This document shows positions 11,671 through 24,459 of a DNA stretch of 42,953 nucleotides, piece by piece; positions within the stretch are counted from its first letter, which is position 1, and the number at the start of each line of letters is the position of its first letter. The translations under genes were made by a program, and so were the position numbers. Location: the NCBI GenBank assembly GCA_020536535.1, contig JAHLWZ010000638.1:1-42953 (forward strand). The letters run 5' to 3'. The notes beneath the pieces are model-generated. The model was not told the DNA's origin and did not search any database. It saw only the letters and a program-made list of their open reading frames with translations. Origin of the DNA: Pelomyxa schiedti. Taxonomy: Eukaryota; Protista; Evosea.

Positions 11671-11708
<38 letters not shown>

Positions 11709-13061
11709 TTTTCTCAGCCTTCCAAAAGGTCAGACGTCAGTGTGGAAGGCGTCATTGGATGTGGCTTTTGGGGGCCAGTGCTAAGAATAAGCACTAGAGA
11801 CGGTCCCTTTGCCGTAAAAGTCTTTGGCCCTGATAGGGCTGAATACGCTGACGATTGCGTAGCACAACTAAATGTACCTTCCTCCCTCTTAACCTAAAAT
11901 TGACAAGGATACCAGAGTCTGAAAGGATCACGCGTTCCTCATCTCCTCACCATTTTTGAAGCTGTGGCTCTTGCAGAAAACAAATTCGCTGTAGTAACCG
12001 ATATTGCGGCACATGGCAACTTGCATCAAAAGATGCTCGAACCTTCGTTTCGAGCACTGGAACGAGTCAAGGCTCTTGTTGGTATAGGTTTGTTCGTCAT
12101 CAAATGTTCTTCTGTCTCACCTGGTTTTTTTTTTTTTTTCCCCCAAGCTGAAGCAGCTCTCGCCGTTCACACCATACTCTTGTCTCCACATGGCAATATC
12201 AAGGTTTTTTTTTTTTTTTTTTTTAGACCTTGTCACATCACTTATTCCCGATGTAGCCAACAAACGTACTATTCTCCGCCAGTGAAACAGTTCTACTGGC
12301 TGATCACTATATTGGCAAGCTGGAATCTACGCGTTCCAGGACCTATCGGTCCGCAACGCCAAGGCATTACGGAGACCCAGAGTATCCTTCTCTTGTCATT
12401 TTACCTTAACCTAATCATTGTTAATAGGAGTATAAACAACGGAGTAACTTACAAGAGTGATGTCTATGCCATCGGGGTAAGCATTATCTATTATCCCTTT
12501 GTACAAATAGTCAAGACCCACCTTAGTCAACAAATTTCACACAGATTTTAGCCACTGAGTTACTTACCGGAAGGAGGGCACCAAACATCCCCACGCAGCA
12601 TTCCATCAAGAAAGCTATGTTGTCACTCTCTCAAACTGACAGGACTGCTTTACTCGACAAGCAATGCCACTGGCCCGATGTAGCTTGTAGGGAATTGATG
12701 CAGCTAATATGCCGGTGCTGTGCCTTCCGCCCTGATAAACGACCAGAGATGGGCAAATTGCGCAAGGCCCTGCTGGAAATACAAGAGGTAACCATCCCTA
12801 CCTCTGGGTTTCTTTGTCCTGTTTGTCTCCATCCTAATCTGCCCCAAACAGACACTGGTGGTGGGGCAGCATGAACCAGCGAAGAGTCTTAAAGGCGGGT
12901 GCCCAATCTGCATGGAAAACCCTCCCGAGTTTGCCGCGATTCCGTGCGGTCACACCTTCTGTGCCACCTGCACCAAGAACTCCCAGTCGTCATACACCAA
13001 ACAATGTGGGTTCTGCCGGCAGGCTGTTACCACCTACCAGAGGGTGTATCTTCTCTCGTAA
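11308..13061 (+). CDS. Multi-exon TKL-like pseudokinase with C-terminal C3HC4 RING finger
   Basis: Thr/Pro-rich N-terminus, then IGCGFWG, FAVK, HGNIK|PTNVL, LADHY, YGDPE, SDVYAIG, ELLTG, CC..RPDKRP, and the RING CPICME..AIPCGHTFCATC..CGFCR. Short GT-AG introns separate the motifs. Start codon is tentative. Confidence 0.85.
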
Positions 13062-13080
13062 TCATAGTCATAGACACACC

Positions 13081-14801
13081 CTCCCGTTTTTGTTTGCTTG
13101 CCACTAGCACCGCAACCCCCCGCCACCGCCACACCCCCACTCTCGCTGTGGGCGATAACTTGTGAAATACAAACATCGCCACCGCCACACCCCCACTCTC
13201 TCGCTCTCGCTGTGGGCGAGAACTTGTGAAATACAAACAAATGGAATGAATTCTCATTCTCTGCGTGCGTGAATTTGTGTTTTTCAACAAGTCCGGGAGT
13301 TTGTTCACCAACAGTGCACTCAGTGGGTGGGTGGTGCTGGCATGATGTTTCTTGGTGGCAGCTACCACAGGTGGGTGGTAGTAGGCGATGTGGTGTTTGT
13401 TTGTGTTGTGGTTGACTGTGCCGGAACTGATAGGGGCAGCCTGGCGGCAGGGGTTCTCCTGAATGTAAATGAGATTGAAGTAGTTAATAGGGTGAACACG
13501 CCGGCAGTGCAGTGCTTCCTTTCTGCTATTGTACCAGGACCAAGGCTGTACGCCTCCGTTCTTGGCAGAAAGGAAAAAAGACCTGGTTTATGTCTAGTGT
13601 AGCAAGTTAGAACACAAAGACAAATGGAATAGGCACTAGACCTGGGCATTAATGTTCTGGAAATATTGGCCCAGAGGGCCAAGAAAAAAGGGCTTGGTCC
13701 TATGTCGAGGACCTGAGAGTTGTCGCAACCGTTGTACACCAATGTTACCTGTAGTGTAAGTTAGATAGGATACAAATGAAAGAGGAAAACAGACCTGATA
13801 TGCTTGGTGCATGGTGACATAAAGCCGGAAACTACAGACCCCCCCTGTCAAAGGGGGAGCGCGGTGCCGTGCCACTGTTGGCTGGTGCTCTCTGTCGTCA
13901 AGGAGTGCTACGAGAGGGGCAAATGTATGGGAGTCCAAACAACGAGAGGTTCCTCTACGTAGTGGTTGGGAAAATATAAATCGGAAAATGGGACTATGCC
14001 TTCTGTGTCAGCTTCATCAAGGTATCATGCCTGCAACTGGTGTCAGTATGGAAGGCGTGACCGGTGTCTATATGAGAACGCAGTAAAGTGGGAGAAGAAA
14101 CACATACCATCCACTGTGGAAAACTGGGGAGAAAAATAAGGAGAACTCGTCCCATTGTTCCTGATTGAAGTAGTTCAGACGGTGAACGTGCCGGTTGTTG
14201 TCCATCTCCTTCCTGTCTGGGCCCGTGTCTAGTGTAACAAAACAAGTTGCAACACAATGCAAATGTAACAGGGGAACAGACCTGAGCATGACAGGTTGCG
14301 TGACGGAAGAACCAGCTGGGTGTAACCTAGAGGGATGATTTTTCTGCTGGAGTAAAGGGATTGCCTGATACTCGCTGAAGGCATGCTAACAAAGCATGCC
14401 GAAGACTGGAACCTATGGCCAGCAGCATCCACTTGCAGAGAAACAGCATTCCCATCCCTAAAACGGGGCAGTTAGGTGAGGGTGTAAGTCAAAGAGGAGG
14501 ATGCCGCAGATTTGAAGCAGAGGGTACGGCATAAATACCCCAGTAAGCCGCAATTCCGGAGGGAGGAACGGTGCTGGAGGCCTGTTTCCAAGTCAAAATT
14601 GCAAAAAACGAAGTGAGGAAGCATACCTGGTGTTTTCTTCCTGACTCCATCAGGCCTAAAACACAGGTGAGCAAGACAGACAAACAAGACATCCATCCAC
14701 CTGTGCTAAAGTTAGACCACAAAACGAGGTGATGAAATGGGAGTAGTTTGGGGGGGTGGCGGGGGGTTGCGGTGCTAGTGGCAAGCAAACAAAAACGGGA
14801 G
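13081..14801. mobile_element. 1.7-kb segment bounded by a perfect 47-bp inverted repeat (13081-13127 / 14755-14801)
   Basis: ctcccgtttttgtttgcttgccactagcaccgcaaccccccgccacc and its exact reverse complement. The repeat is directly visible; the mobile-element reading is inferred and no target-site duplication was seen. Confidence 0.5.
13121..13240. repeat. Two-copy ~57-bp tandem repeat
   Basis: cgccaccgccacacccccactctcgctgtgggcga.aacttgtgaaatacaaaca occurs twice. Confidence 0.9.
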
Positions 14802-15817
14802 TAGTTTGGGGGGGGGGGGTTCCGAAAGGTTTCCAGCTGGCTGTGTTACAAGTGGAGAGAGTATGGGTGATGACCCCCACTTCTTTTGCTTGCCTCAAAG
14901 TTGTGCTCACTAGTTCTCATCCCATACCGCACCAGCAACCAGCAACCAGCACCAGCTCACATCGCTGTCATCACCTTTGCCCTCCGCCGTTCACACAATC
15001 AACACGGGCGCTGGAAAGCTCATCATCACCGCTACTCCCACGCCGATAGCCCCACTCTGCGTTGCCTGAGCAACACCACGACAACAGCACAGCCAAATTT
15101 GGCTGCGGTGTGGCAGAACGAACTCTTAAAAAAACCTAAGAATCACGATGATGGAGGGAATCGACGTCGGGTTCCTTGTTGTCAAGGCGCAACAACAGGA
15201 TCCCCCAAGTGGTTGCCCCTCCCACGAGTAAGTTATGGGTCGAGCAACTACGGTGGCCACGACGGCGCGGCGACGTCCACGGGGCCACGCCCATGGCAAA
15301 CCAGGAGAGCGACCCACTCTGGTGACAGGAGCACCTCAACACAATTTGTGACACGTGCACCTACGATGGGAGATGGGACGATGTGGTGGTGTTTGGCTGG
15401 TCCACCCTACGCAACTCGGTCACGCAGCGAGTGACCAAGCGGGGTCTCCCACCCACCCACCCACCCACAGTTTCAGCCCCGGAACCAACCAGTAGGCATG
15501 GCATCGTGCCTTAGATTTGTTCCTTGTTCTCACCAATCTCATGGATGATGATGATGACAAGCCTGCCTGCCAAGCAAACAAGGCAAGGTGCCGCTGTCAT
15601 GTGTGAGGCAATATGGCTGGCACCTTTGTTGGTGGCTGTGCCACTCTACTGCGGACCTGGTGGAGAAGCCATCCTTCCGATCTTGCCATTTGTATTTTCC
15701 CAACTCATAACTCATGTGAAGGTACTCTGATGTTTAATTGACGGCCCAGCTAGGTTTTTCGCTTTGCTGTTGCTACTCAGGTCCGCCTCTCTATTTTGCT
15801 TCTATTTGGTAATCCCT

Positions 15818-16067
15818 TCATGTAGTACTTTGACTGATGAAGACCTGTGGGATATATTTTCCTGTATGAGACAAAGTAACAAGTTGGCAGCAGATTTCCC
15901 GTTAGGGAATCTAAGGTATTGGCATTTCTTTCCACATTTGTTCTTCATTCTCATCCGTGTACAGAGGTGTCAAGCCTAATGTTGCTTACTTATCTACAGT
16001 ACACTGTAACGAACTTAGCACTTTGAGGTATATCCCACAGGTCTTCATCAGTCAAAGTACTACATGA
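15818..16067. repeat. ~39-bp inverted repeat ending at an N-gap
   Basis: tcatgtagtactttgactgatgaagacctgtgggatata at ~15818-15856 and its reverse complement at ~16029-16067. Confidence 0.9.
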
Positions 16068-16329
16068 NNNNNNNNNNGGTATATCCCCCCCCCCCCCCCC
16101 CCCCCCCTCCTTTGGATTCATCCTAATGTGAAACTCAGGGAAATTGAATGAAAACCCTGAGCCAACTAGAAGGAGAAGGCCTTTGTGCCGGCAACTGGCC
16201 TCTTGTGGCAGTAAAGAGAATGGTACTATTTGCACTTTTCTTCCCCAGACTCATGTGAATGTAGCGCAGGTGGGGCAGCCCCACTGTTTCGCAACAAAGT
16301 AGCACTCTCGTAGGTCATTTGGAGAGCAA

Positions 16330-16985
16330 TCACACCTGTTGTAGGACCTAACCTGACTGACCTTCGCACTTAGAGCAATGAAGACACACAGCAGGCACGT
16401 TCGTGTTTTCACCTACCTTTATTCTCACCTACACACAGAAGCAACTCTGTCTCTAAGCACTCACGAGAAGCGGCTTCATTGCTTGCCCCTGCACACACCC
16501 ACATCCCTGTCCAGTTTCTGGCCGCTGCTTGCTTGCCTTTCTGGTACTCACCATCCTGTTTCTATGCCCAGTAGCACCAGCCTGAATAACATAGTAGTGT
16601 GGGCCAGACCAAATGCTCTACCGCAGCTGCTGGCAAAGTTTTAAGGGCACTATGCACTAGCACCACATAGGTCTATCTGTTCTATTTTGTGTGTGCTGCA
16701 AACTCACCTATTGTAGGAACTAGCCTGACCTTCGCACTGACGGAAATTCCAAGACACTGCAGGTATGCTCTCACTAGGCCTACTAACTTTATTCTCACCA
16801 ACACACAGCAACAATTTGGCTGAGAACTGCCAAGAGGCGGCGTCCTTGCACCACATCCCCAGTGCTGCCATGGGTCGCCTGAACCGGCACTCACCCACCA
16901 TCCTGTGTCTGTGCCACCTGCGAGTAATAACATACTGCCGCACCAGCACCCACATAATCACAGTAGCACGTGGTGGCACCAGCAA
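16330..16985. repeat. Diverged direct duplication, period about 375 bp
   Basis: Shared blocks in the same order: cacct.ttgtagga.cta.cctgac, ttttattctcacc.acacacag, cacatccc, catcctgt, and ca.agtag..tg. Confidence 0.7.
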
Positions 16986-19202
16986 ATGGAACTGCACCAC
17001 ACTGCTGTATGTAATGTGGCAGTGCCGCTTGCAGCCCGGCTGCCGTACCACAGCGATAGATCCTTTCTTTTTTTCTTAAACTAAAGAGAACTATCCCCAT
17101 TTCTATCTCGTCTTTTAGCTAAACCTCGGTTGCCGCTACTACAGGAAACACCATAAATAAAGACGTCCACCGACAAAAATGGAGCCAGGACCACCAAACG
17201 AGCCAAAACAAAATGTGGCCACACACTTGAACCGGCAGGCCAATGGTTGTGGTTGTGGGTGGGGTCCTGGTTGGGGCTTTTTTTTTTGTTTTGCTTTGGT
17301 TGTTGTTTTGAGAGTTGTTCCGTACTGTGGGGTGGTGTCAGCCTGCTGCTCCCAAAGTGCCGTGGGTACTTCCCTGGTCATTGTGCTGGGTATTGAAATC
17401 ATCCTCGGGAAGATGTTTGTTCGGGGGAAAGTTCGGTAGTAGTCAGAGGATTCCGCCGTATCGGTTTCACCCCAAACTTGTATTGATTGTATTTCCAACT
17501 GGTTCCCCAGTAGAAGCCTATTGTAGATCCGACTTGATCTTCTTTGCCGTAAAAATGAATGTAGAATCGGCTTTTTGGCTTGAAGGAGCGCTGCATGTTG
17601 CACATCACTCAATGTGGTTGGTAACTTCCACAAAGTCCAACTCCGGGAAGTCGACGCAGAGCCTCCTTTGGAAAGTTCGTTAGTTGTTTCTTTATTGTTT
17701 GTGTAGTTGCCATGGCTCGAAGAAGGGGTACGCGAAGGCGTAGTAGTAATGGTGGTGGTGTTTTGGCGTTGACTTCCTGAGAAGAAGGAATAAGAAATCG
17801 GTAGAAGTTTTAGCCTTGCTTTGCCTGTAGTTGTTGTAGCAGGCGTAGCAGTGGCGGTAGTCCCGCGAAACTATCAGACAGATACAGATATGGCAGATAT
17901 GGCCATTTCAGTAGCCAAATCGGCTGTTGATTCGACGAGCGGGGATGGGGGAAGAAGCAGAAGTTAATGATTACGAGTCACCGTCACCGATCACATATTG
18001 GAATTGCGAACTCCAGGCAAAGAATGGCAAGGCACGTGGTGGTGGAATTAGGTGACAGGCCAAGGAGATTGCTCTCTTGGGGGCCAACTGGAGTTCCAGG
18101 TACAAATGTCAACTGGCCTGGATGCCCGAGGAGTGTGTAGCCCAGCCCAGCCCAGCCCAGCCCAATCCCAAGACTGGGAGACAATAATGGCGTGTACTCT
18201 CGCACAATACCTCCAAAGTGTTCCACGCTTATTATTACCCAATACCCGATTCCGAATTCCACGCCGCCAACTGCAACACCGACACCGCTGCCCACAAGTT
18301 CTGCTCCCAACACCCATCCGATCATTAATTGTGCCCGCGGCGCTCACAAGGCGCACGACGAGCGATGATCGCCATGAGTCACGGCGCAAAGACGAACTCC
18401 CGGTTTATGGGATCGAGACGCGCTGCGATGTGAAGTGCCGGAGGTCGTGGAGATTTTACGAGGGGCCCAAGAACATAAACCAATGATGCCCCATCAGCTT
18501 GGGGGTTACGCTCGGCGGGCACTTTTGCGCTTTTTCGGCGCGTCGTTTCGCCGTTGTTCAACCCTCCTCCGTGATCAAAACCAACTTTTTCTAAGTCTTT
18601 CCTCAGGAGCGTTGTTCGATGAAAACCAAATTAAACGAAAAACCAACAGCAACTCCCGGGTGTCGTACCGGTTGGCAACGGGGCCTTTTTTTTTTTGTAG
18701 CCTCCTCTTGTGCCATATAACACAGTCATGACATGTGGAATGTGGTCTTAACCTCATTCTGCCAGCTGTTGTTGTTGTTATTGATGGAGGGATGTGGCTG
18801 GGGTGTCAATTGCGTGCGTTGTTGCCCGTTGGGGTTTGGAAAGCCCCACTGCTTTGCTGATTTGGCCCACTGCCTCGTCGACATCGGTCCACTGAACGTG
18901 CAGTCCATGGGTGTCAGCCCATTGAGGCCACCAAGGCAAGAAGCCCTCTGTCAATGTCCTCGACACATGCCGGCACACGGACCATTCCAATTGCGATATA
19001 CCAACATCAACGAGTCAGATGCACTGAGCGTACAAACGTAAGGACTCGTCGTCGACTTGGGCTTGAATTGAGAATAAATCATGATTGATTGAAGCAACTG
19101 GTTACAATCAAAACAGACAGATGACATGAAACACAAAACAAAAACACAAAAAGAAACTATCATCAAACCCAACGCAACACAGCACACCGTGGCGAAAGCA
19201 CA

Positions 19203-19850
19203 ATGTCGAACCCCCCGCCATGGGAACCGTACCGCAGGGCCGACGCTGTGCCCTTGTCCCAGCTGAGCTTTGTCCGCCCACCGACGGCGGCCCCGACCCC
19301 CAGCCCGACGCCAACCCCGACGGTCGCGGCGGCGCCAGCGACTGCCACTTCCTCTGCCGCCGCCGCAGCGACACCAACGCCGCTTTTCCCGAGTCCTCCT
19401 CCACCCCCTCCTGTTCCTCATTCGCCGTCGGCGCCCGCCCCCTCCCCCTTAGGCGCCCACTCTGTCCTAACGACACCCGCTGCAGTTCTGCCCGATCCCG
19501 CGTGGTGCTCGTCTCGCGCAGCTGCACCGTTTACGAGGCATCGCCTACCGCTGTCGTGCGAGTTGGAGATGGCTCGTGAGCATGAAATCGCACTGACCAT
19601 GAGGCTACAGAGGATGATTCAAATGGACAAGGAGAGGGAAATGGAGGAGCAAATGAGGGCGCAACGGGAGAGGGAGACAGCTCAGAGGCGAATACTACGG
19701 CAGCAACAGGTGGTCATTACACCAAGACCCATCCGCTTGCATCGTGAAGAAAACCCAGTACCCGATACAACTGATGTGATACAATCCACCTTTATTCTGG
19801 GAGCGGTGTTTATTCTTATCGCCTTTCTTAAGTGGATGTTCTCAAAATAG
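19203..19850 (+). CDS. Hypothetical 215-aa protein: Pro-rich N-terminus, charged coiled coil, C-terminal transmembrane helix (tail-anchored-like)
   Basis: Intact ATG-to-TAG ORF with GC-rich coding character between AT-rich flanks; ends ..FILGAVFILIAFLKWMFSK. Confidence 0.7.
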   Translation: MSNPPPWEPYRRADAVPLSQLSFVRPPTAAPTPSPTPTPTVAAAPATATSSAAAAATPTPLFPSPPPPPPVPHSPSAPAPSPLGAHSVLTTPAAVLPDPAWCSSRAAAPFTRHRLPLSCELEMAREHEIALTMRLQRMIQMDKEREMEEQMRAQRERETAQRRILRQQQVVITPRPIRLHREENPVPDTTDVIQSTFILGAVFILIAFLKWMFSK

Positions 19851-21869
19851 CACCAAGAAACAAAAAAATAATCAAAAAAAAAGAGTGTTTTTTTTTTTTT
19901 TTAATTGCTGAAGTGAGTGAGGAGTCTATTTAGGCCCTTCTGCGGTAAATGGAAAAGGCATGCTTTAGGAAACGGTTGCATAAAAGCCAGGTGATATACA
20001 ATTGAACATATCATTTCAGTTCAGTTCAGTTCAGTTCAGTTCAGACAATGGCCAACCCCAGCCTCGGACTGTACCATCGCGGACAGTTCGGACGGGAAGA
20101 AAGGAATGAAAAAGTACATCAATCCACAAATTCGCTCTCTTGTCGATGGTTAGGTTGTAGATACACGATAGTAACAAATACCAACGTATTTGGCAAACGC
20201 TTTAATGAGAGGTTCATAAGTCCTCGTTTTCCGCATGGTATCTGGGAAACGTAAGTGCCAAGATAAGACCAAGATTAAGATTAAGATTAAGATTACTGCC
20301 GCGTACACTTGAAGTTTCTCTAATATAAACAGGGAACACCTTGCTTGAACCCACATGCTTTGGCAGAGTACCTACCGTACAGTGAGTGCGTGGTCTGGGT
20401 CGTCAGTGGGCCTTATAAGAATTAAGCCCAAACACAGATCTTTCAAATTATTACAGAGTGATCCATCAATAAGTTGAAGGCCCTTCTCTTCGTCACCAGT
20501 AACATAGGACGAAAAATCGGGAAGTAAAGGGATACAGTGGCTTAATTACTGCCGTCAAACTAGCGGAGGACGTTTCCATTGCGGGAATTTCCGGGAGAAT
20601 AACTGTACCTGCGGCTGTCGTACTTTGTTGTGGCTGTGGTTCCAGTGTTCTCCGCGCTGGGAACAGATAATAATACACCCCGGCACTCTAACAACGAAGT
20701 AATGAGACAATGGGAAAAAGCATGAGGATCACACCAGTTCACCCAGCTATAGTTCCAGGAGTGTCTCGTACATGAAGAGAGAGCTACCGTAAGGGCAACG
20801 TGCAGCGTCTCAACAACAAATTGCTTGTCATCACTCATTGTGACACAACAGGTAGGAGGAGTAGTTGGGGCAAGAGTTTGCCCACTTGACTCAGGGTCAA
20901 GAATAACTTGCTAAATGTTGTTAGTAACTAGCCCTTTAAACGTGTCTTACAGCAGGTTCCGAATTTTGCGGCGGTACACAGAAGCATCTACAGCATGTAT
21001 AGCGGCAACAAATAAATGCATGGCAGGGGTCGTAATGTCTTCAGAAGAGCAATAATGGAGTTTTGGTGACCAGCAATTTCTTTTCACTTCTCCCCACCCC
21101 CCACACCCCCTTTGTCTCCATCAAGTCCCCCCAAGTAATGGAGAAATCACTTATTTAATGCGATTATTTGGCGGTCCAGAAAGAGAGAGCATTACCTATT
21201 CCCATTCAACATTCCCAAGGGCTACGTGCGAAATGTCAGGGGTAACTGCCAGACATTAGACCTGAACGGTATATTGTAATGTGAGCCTTTTTTTTTTACC
21301 AAGGTACCTTCACAATTGTGGGATTCGGATTCGGAGTTTAGAGTCGCGACCCGCCCACTTGTGACAAGTCGCACGCCAGCTGCATGTGCTCCCGGGGCTT
21401 GGTCGCAGGCCTTCACATAAGGGTGAAAATGCAACAAGCGCAGAGGGGAGAAGTACCTGAAAATGCACAGCCTGGAAAGACTTGATACTGATCGCGACTA
21501 AACTCGCAATGCCGGAACCTTCCCCCCTCCGACCAGAATGATGCCACCTGCCCCTTGTTTAGTGCGTTCAAGTTTGAGTTTTTATTGAAAGGAGAACAGA
21601 ACACATCCAGCAAACAAAAACAAAAAAAAAAAAGAGAGAGACGGCGTAAGAAAAGGGTAAACCAAAACAAAGAAAAAATGACCTCAAAGGATGGGATCTC
21701 CGTGCCCGTGCCCTGCAAGGTTCACCCACGCCCTTTGTCTTGTTTTCCTTGTTTTTTTATAAAAAAAAAAAACAAAAAAAAAAGGTGAAGGATTGGCATG
21801 GTGGCAGATTGAAAAGAGAAACAATCTATGGCACTATTTCCCTGCAGCTGCTGGGAACTCCCTCCAGAG

Positions 21870-24235
21870 TCCAAAGGTGCGGACGAATATTCGATGTTCG
21901 AACACATTCGATTTTTTTGACTATTCGACGAATAACAAACACCGGGTCCCATTCGCTATTCGGCCTGAGTGCGATGTATAGTGGGAGGACACCCGTTTTT
22001 GTGACAACCGCGTCGGCTGTTCCCTACCATTGCAATCTCAACTTGCACCCAGGCCAACCCCACCAATAACCCCCTTCTAGAAAAAGGGCTCGCAACAACA
22101 AAGGGTCCCAAGTTTCATCTCAATCACAAAGTACCAAACGCCATCGTGGAGGTTCGCCTTTGGTTTCTACACCCAGACCTTGTCTCCCTTCCGTACAAAC
22201 TTTAACACCTCCTCCTCCACTTTTTGCTACGTTGAGGCCACCCTCAGCATTACACCTGCCATTGCGGTCACCTATTCCACTTAGAGAGGGTGGAGAGGGT
22301 GTGTCATCAACAACCACAGTACAATCACTTCAAATCAGCAAAGTTCCATCTTCAGTGTCAGTTGACAATAACTTGCCTTACCTAGGTTTTGGTTTTTTTT
22401 TTGTTTAACAACTCAACTTAAGTGAAAACAAGGTGAACCACACACATCCTGTGGAAGAAAGAGAGACAGCTGCTTTCGCATCCTACTTCTACCAATGTAG
22501 CAATGAGACCTGCTTCTAGACGAAAAAAAAACCCCACCGGACATCTGAGCCATCACCATACCCAGAACACTTCACCAAGATCTCTCAAAATGAAAAGCCA
22601 CGCTGGAAATGCAAATTCTGCAGTTATGCCCTCTCAGTTCAATCATCTGGCACAACTACGCATCTAAAGTTACATCTGGAGAACTGTGAACCTTTCTTAG
22701 CATCACCTACAGGTACCAAAAGAGTTTTACTTATCTCATACAAAAAAAAAAGCTGCCAAAATGATAACTTTAGGATACATAAACCCAAAGAAACCAATCC
22801 CAAAGATCCTGAACTTCACCTTGAACAATTTTCTTATAACTCGCTCAAGGTATTAGATCTTACTCTTATTTACTTTTCTTAAAAGAGACAGACAAGAATT
22901 GGAGGAACAGCGGGTTCTTCTACTGTTAATTAAGGGGATGCTGCCTTTTTCTAAAGCAGATATTCCTGAAATGTGGGGTAATGGTTTCACTCCAAAAAGC
23001 AGAGCGACAATGAAATCTAAAGCCCAACACCTTGAACAAGAGCTCTTGACACATGTTAAATACCCCTCCATTGCGAAAACTGATTTTTTTTAGATGCATA
23101 GCAAGTATGACAAGTTGTCTGTGATCCTCATGAAAGACATTTGGACTTCCTCAACTGGTGCATCGTTACTACTTTTTTGAGTCCGCTATATGGATGACAA
23201 TTTTCTATGTCATCAATTTACTCCGGAGGTTGTATACTTACCCCAAAAACACACTGCCATCAATATTTTGGACTGTACTAAGGTTTGTTTAATTACAAAG
23301 CTTTTTCCTTCACATACTCACCAGGCAATCATTACTAAATGGCAATGGAAAGTTATTGCGGAGGTATTTAATCACTTTATAAAGTTTGATTTATCTAAGG
23401 TAATAAGGTTACTGATGGTGCGTCCAATATGGAGTCATCGGTTCGACAACTGAACCACCTTTGGGTTCATTGCTATGCTCACCGTTTGAACCTTTGCATG
23501 CAAGAAACATTACCACAGCCTTTTCTTGCAAAGGTTAGATAAATTTTTTTTTGTCACCTTTAATATTAAAATAGATTAATGCCCTTGTCAGTAAGATTCG
23601 ACGCTCACCTAATCTTGAAACAATATTGCACAGAAGAACCCTACCACCAACCAAAGCCTGTATGCTTTGCGTTCCTTACTTTTGTAATAGTTAGTAACTT
23701 GTTTAGAATCACAGAATTCGTTGGTTGGGAACATACTTAATGTTGTCATCTATGTCAAAGTATTTTTGTATACTTTTAACAGGGTCCTTATGAGGTTTTT
23801 CTTTTATCAGTTGTTCATTTTTTCACTCTTACAAGGTAACTTTACATTTACAGTCTGATAAGATGACTTTAGCTTTGGCATATCAGGCAATACAAGCTTT
23901 ACAGCAAGGCCTTTTGCAACCCATATACTTTCCCCCAAGAATTTTAAAGTTGTTTGTACCTTTTTCCTTCTGTTGTGACTTATTCCTCACAGTGCCACTG
24001 TAGAGACGAGCCGGCAAAATATATTACATGAAATTAAACAACGGTTTTCTTTGAGTGCTAATACTGATCTGAATAGAATTACAAAAGCTGCCTTATGTTT
24101 AGATCCATACAAAAGACCTAGTTTTCTGCTCTGAGGAATGGAAACAGGTTCTCCATTGCTTATTTAACCTTTTTAGAATTGTTATAAGGCCTTAGAGCAG
24201 ACTTTGAATCTTAAGTCCACTGATGTTGTGACCAT
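21870..24235 (+). mobile_element. hAT transposon remnant, copy 2 (longest)
   Basis: Homologous to copy 1 from 21919 onward. Continues with TRIRWLGTYLML and AALCLDP. TTCGA-rich palindromic motifs lie at the left end. Frameshifted; ends are approximate. Confidence 0.85.
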
Positions 24236-24459
24236 GGTCCCGGAAGTGTGTGCTTCTGTGGGGATGTGCAGTTCAGTGTGTGACGAGAAAGCAGGGAACA
24301 AGCACGAGATCAAGAAAGGATTCTATTATTTGTTCTGTTTGTTGTTTGTTTTGATTTATGAGGTTTGGGTCGCGATTCTAAGGTCGGAGTGTGTCGGGCT
24401 TATAAGGACTCGAAAACGACTTGAAATCGAGGTGAACGATCAGGTAGATTTCCGCGAAC

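Noticed and set aside
17139-18731. Several overlapping 70-160-aa ORFs
   Set aside because: No recognisable motifs or consistent exon chain could be assembled by eye.
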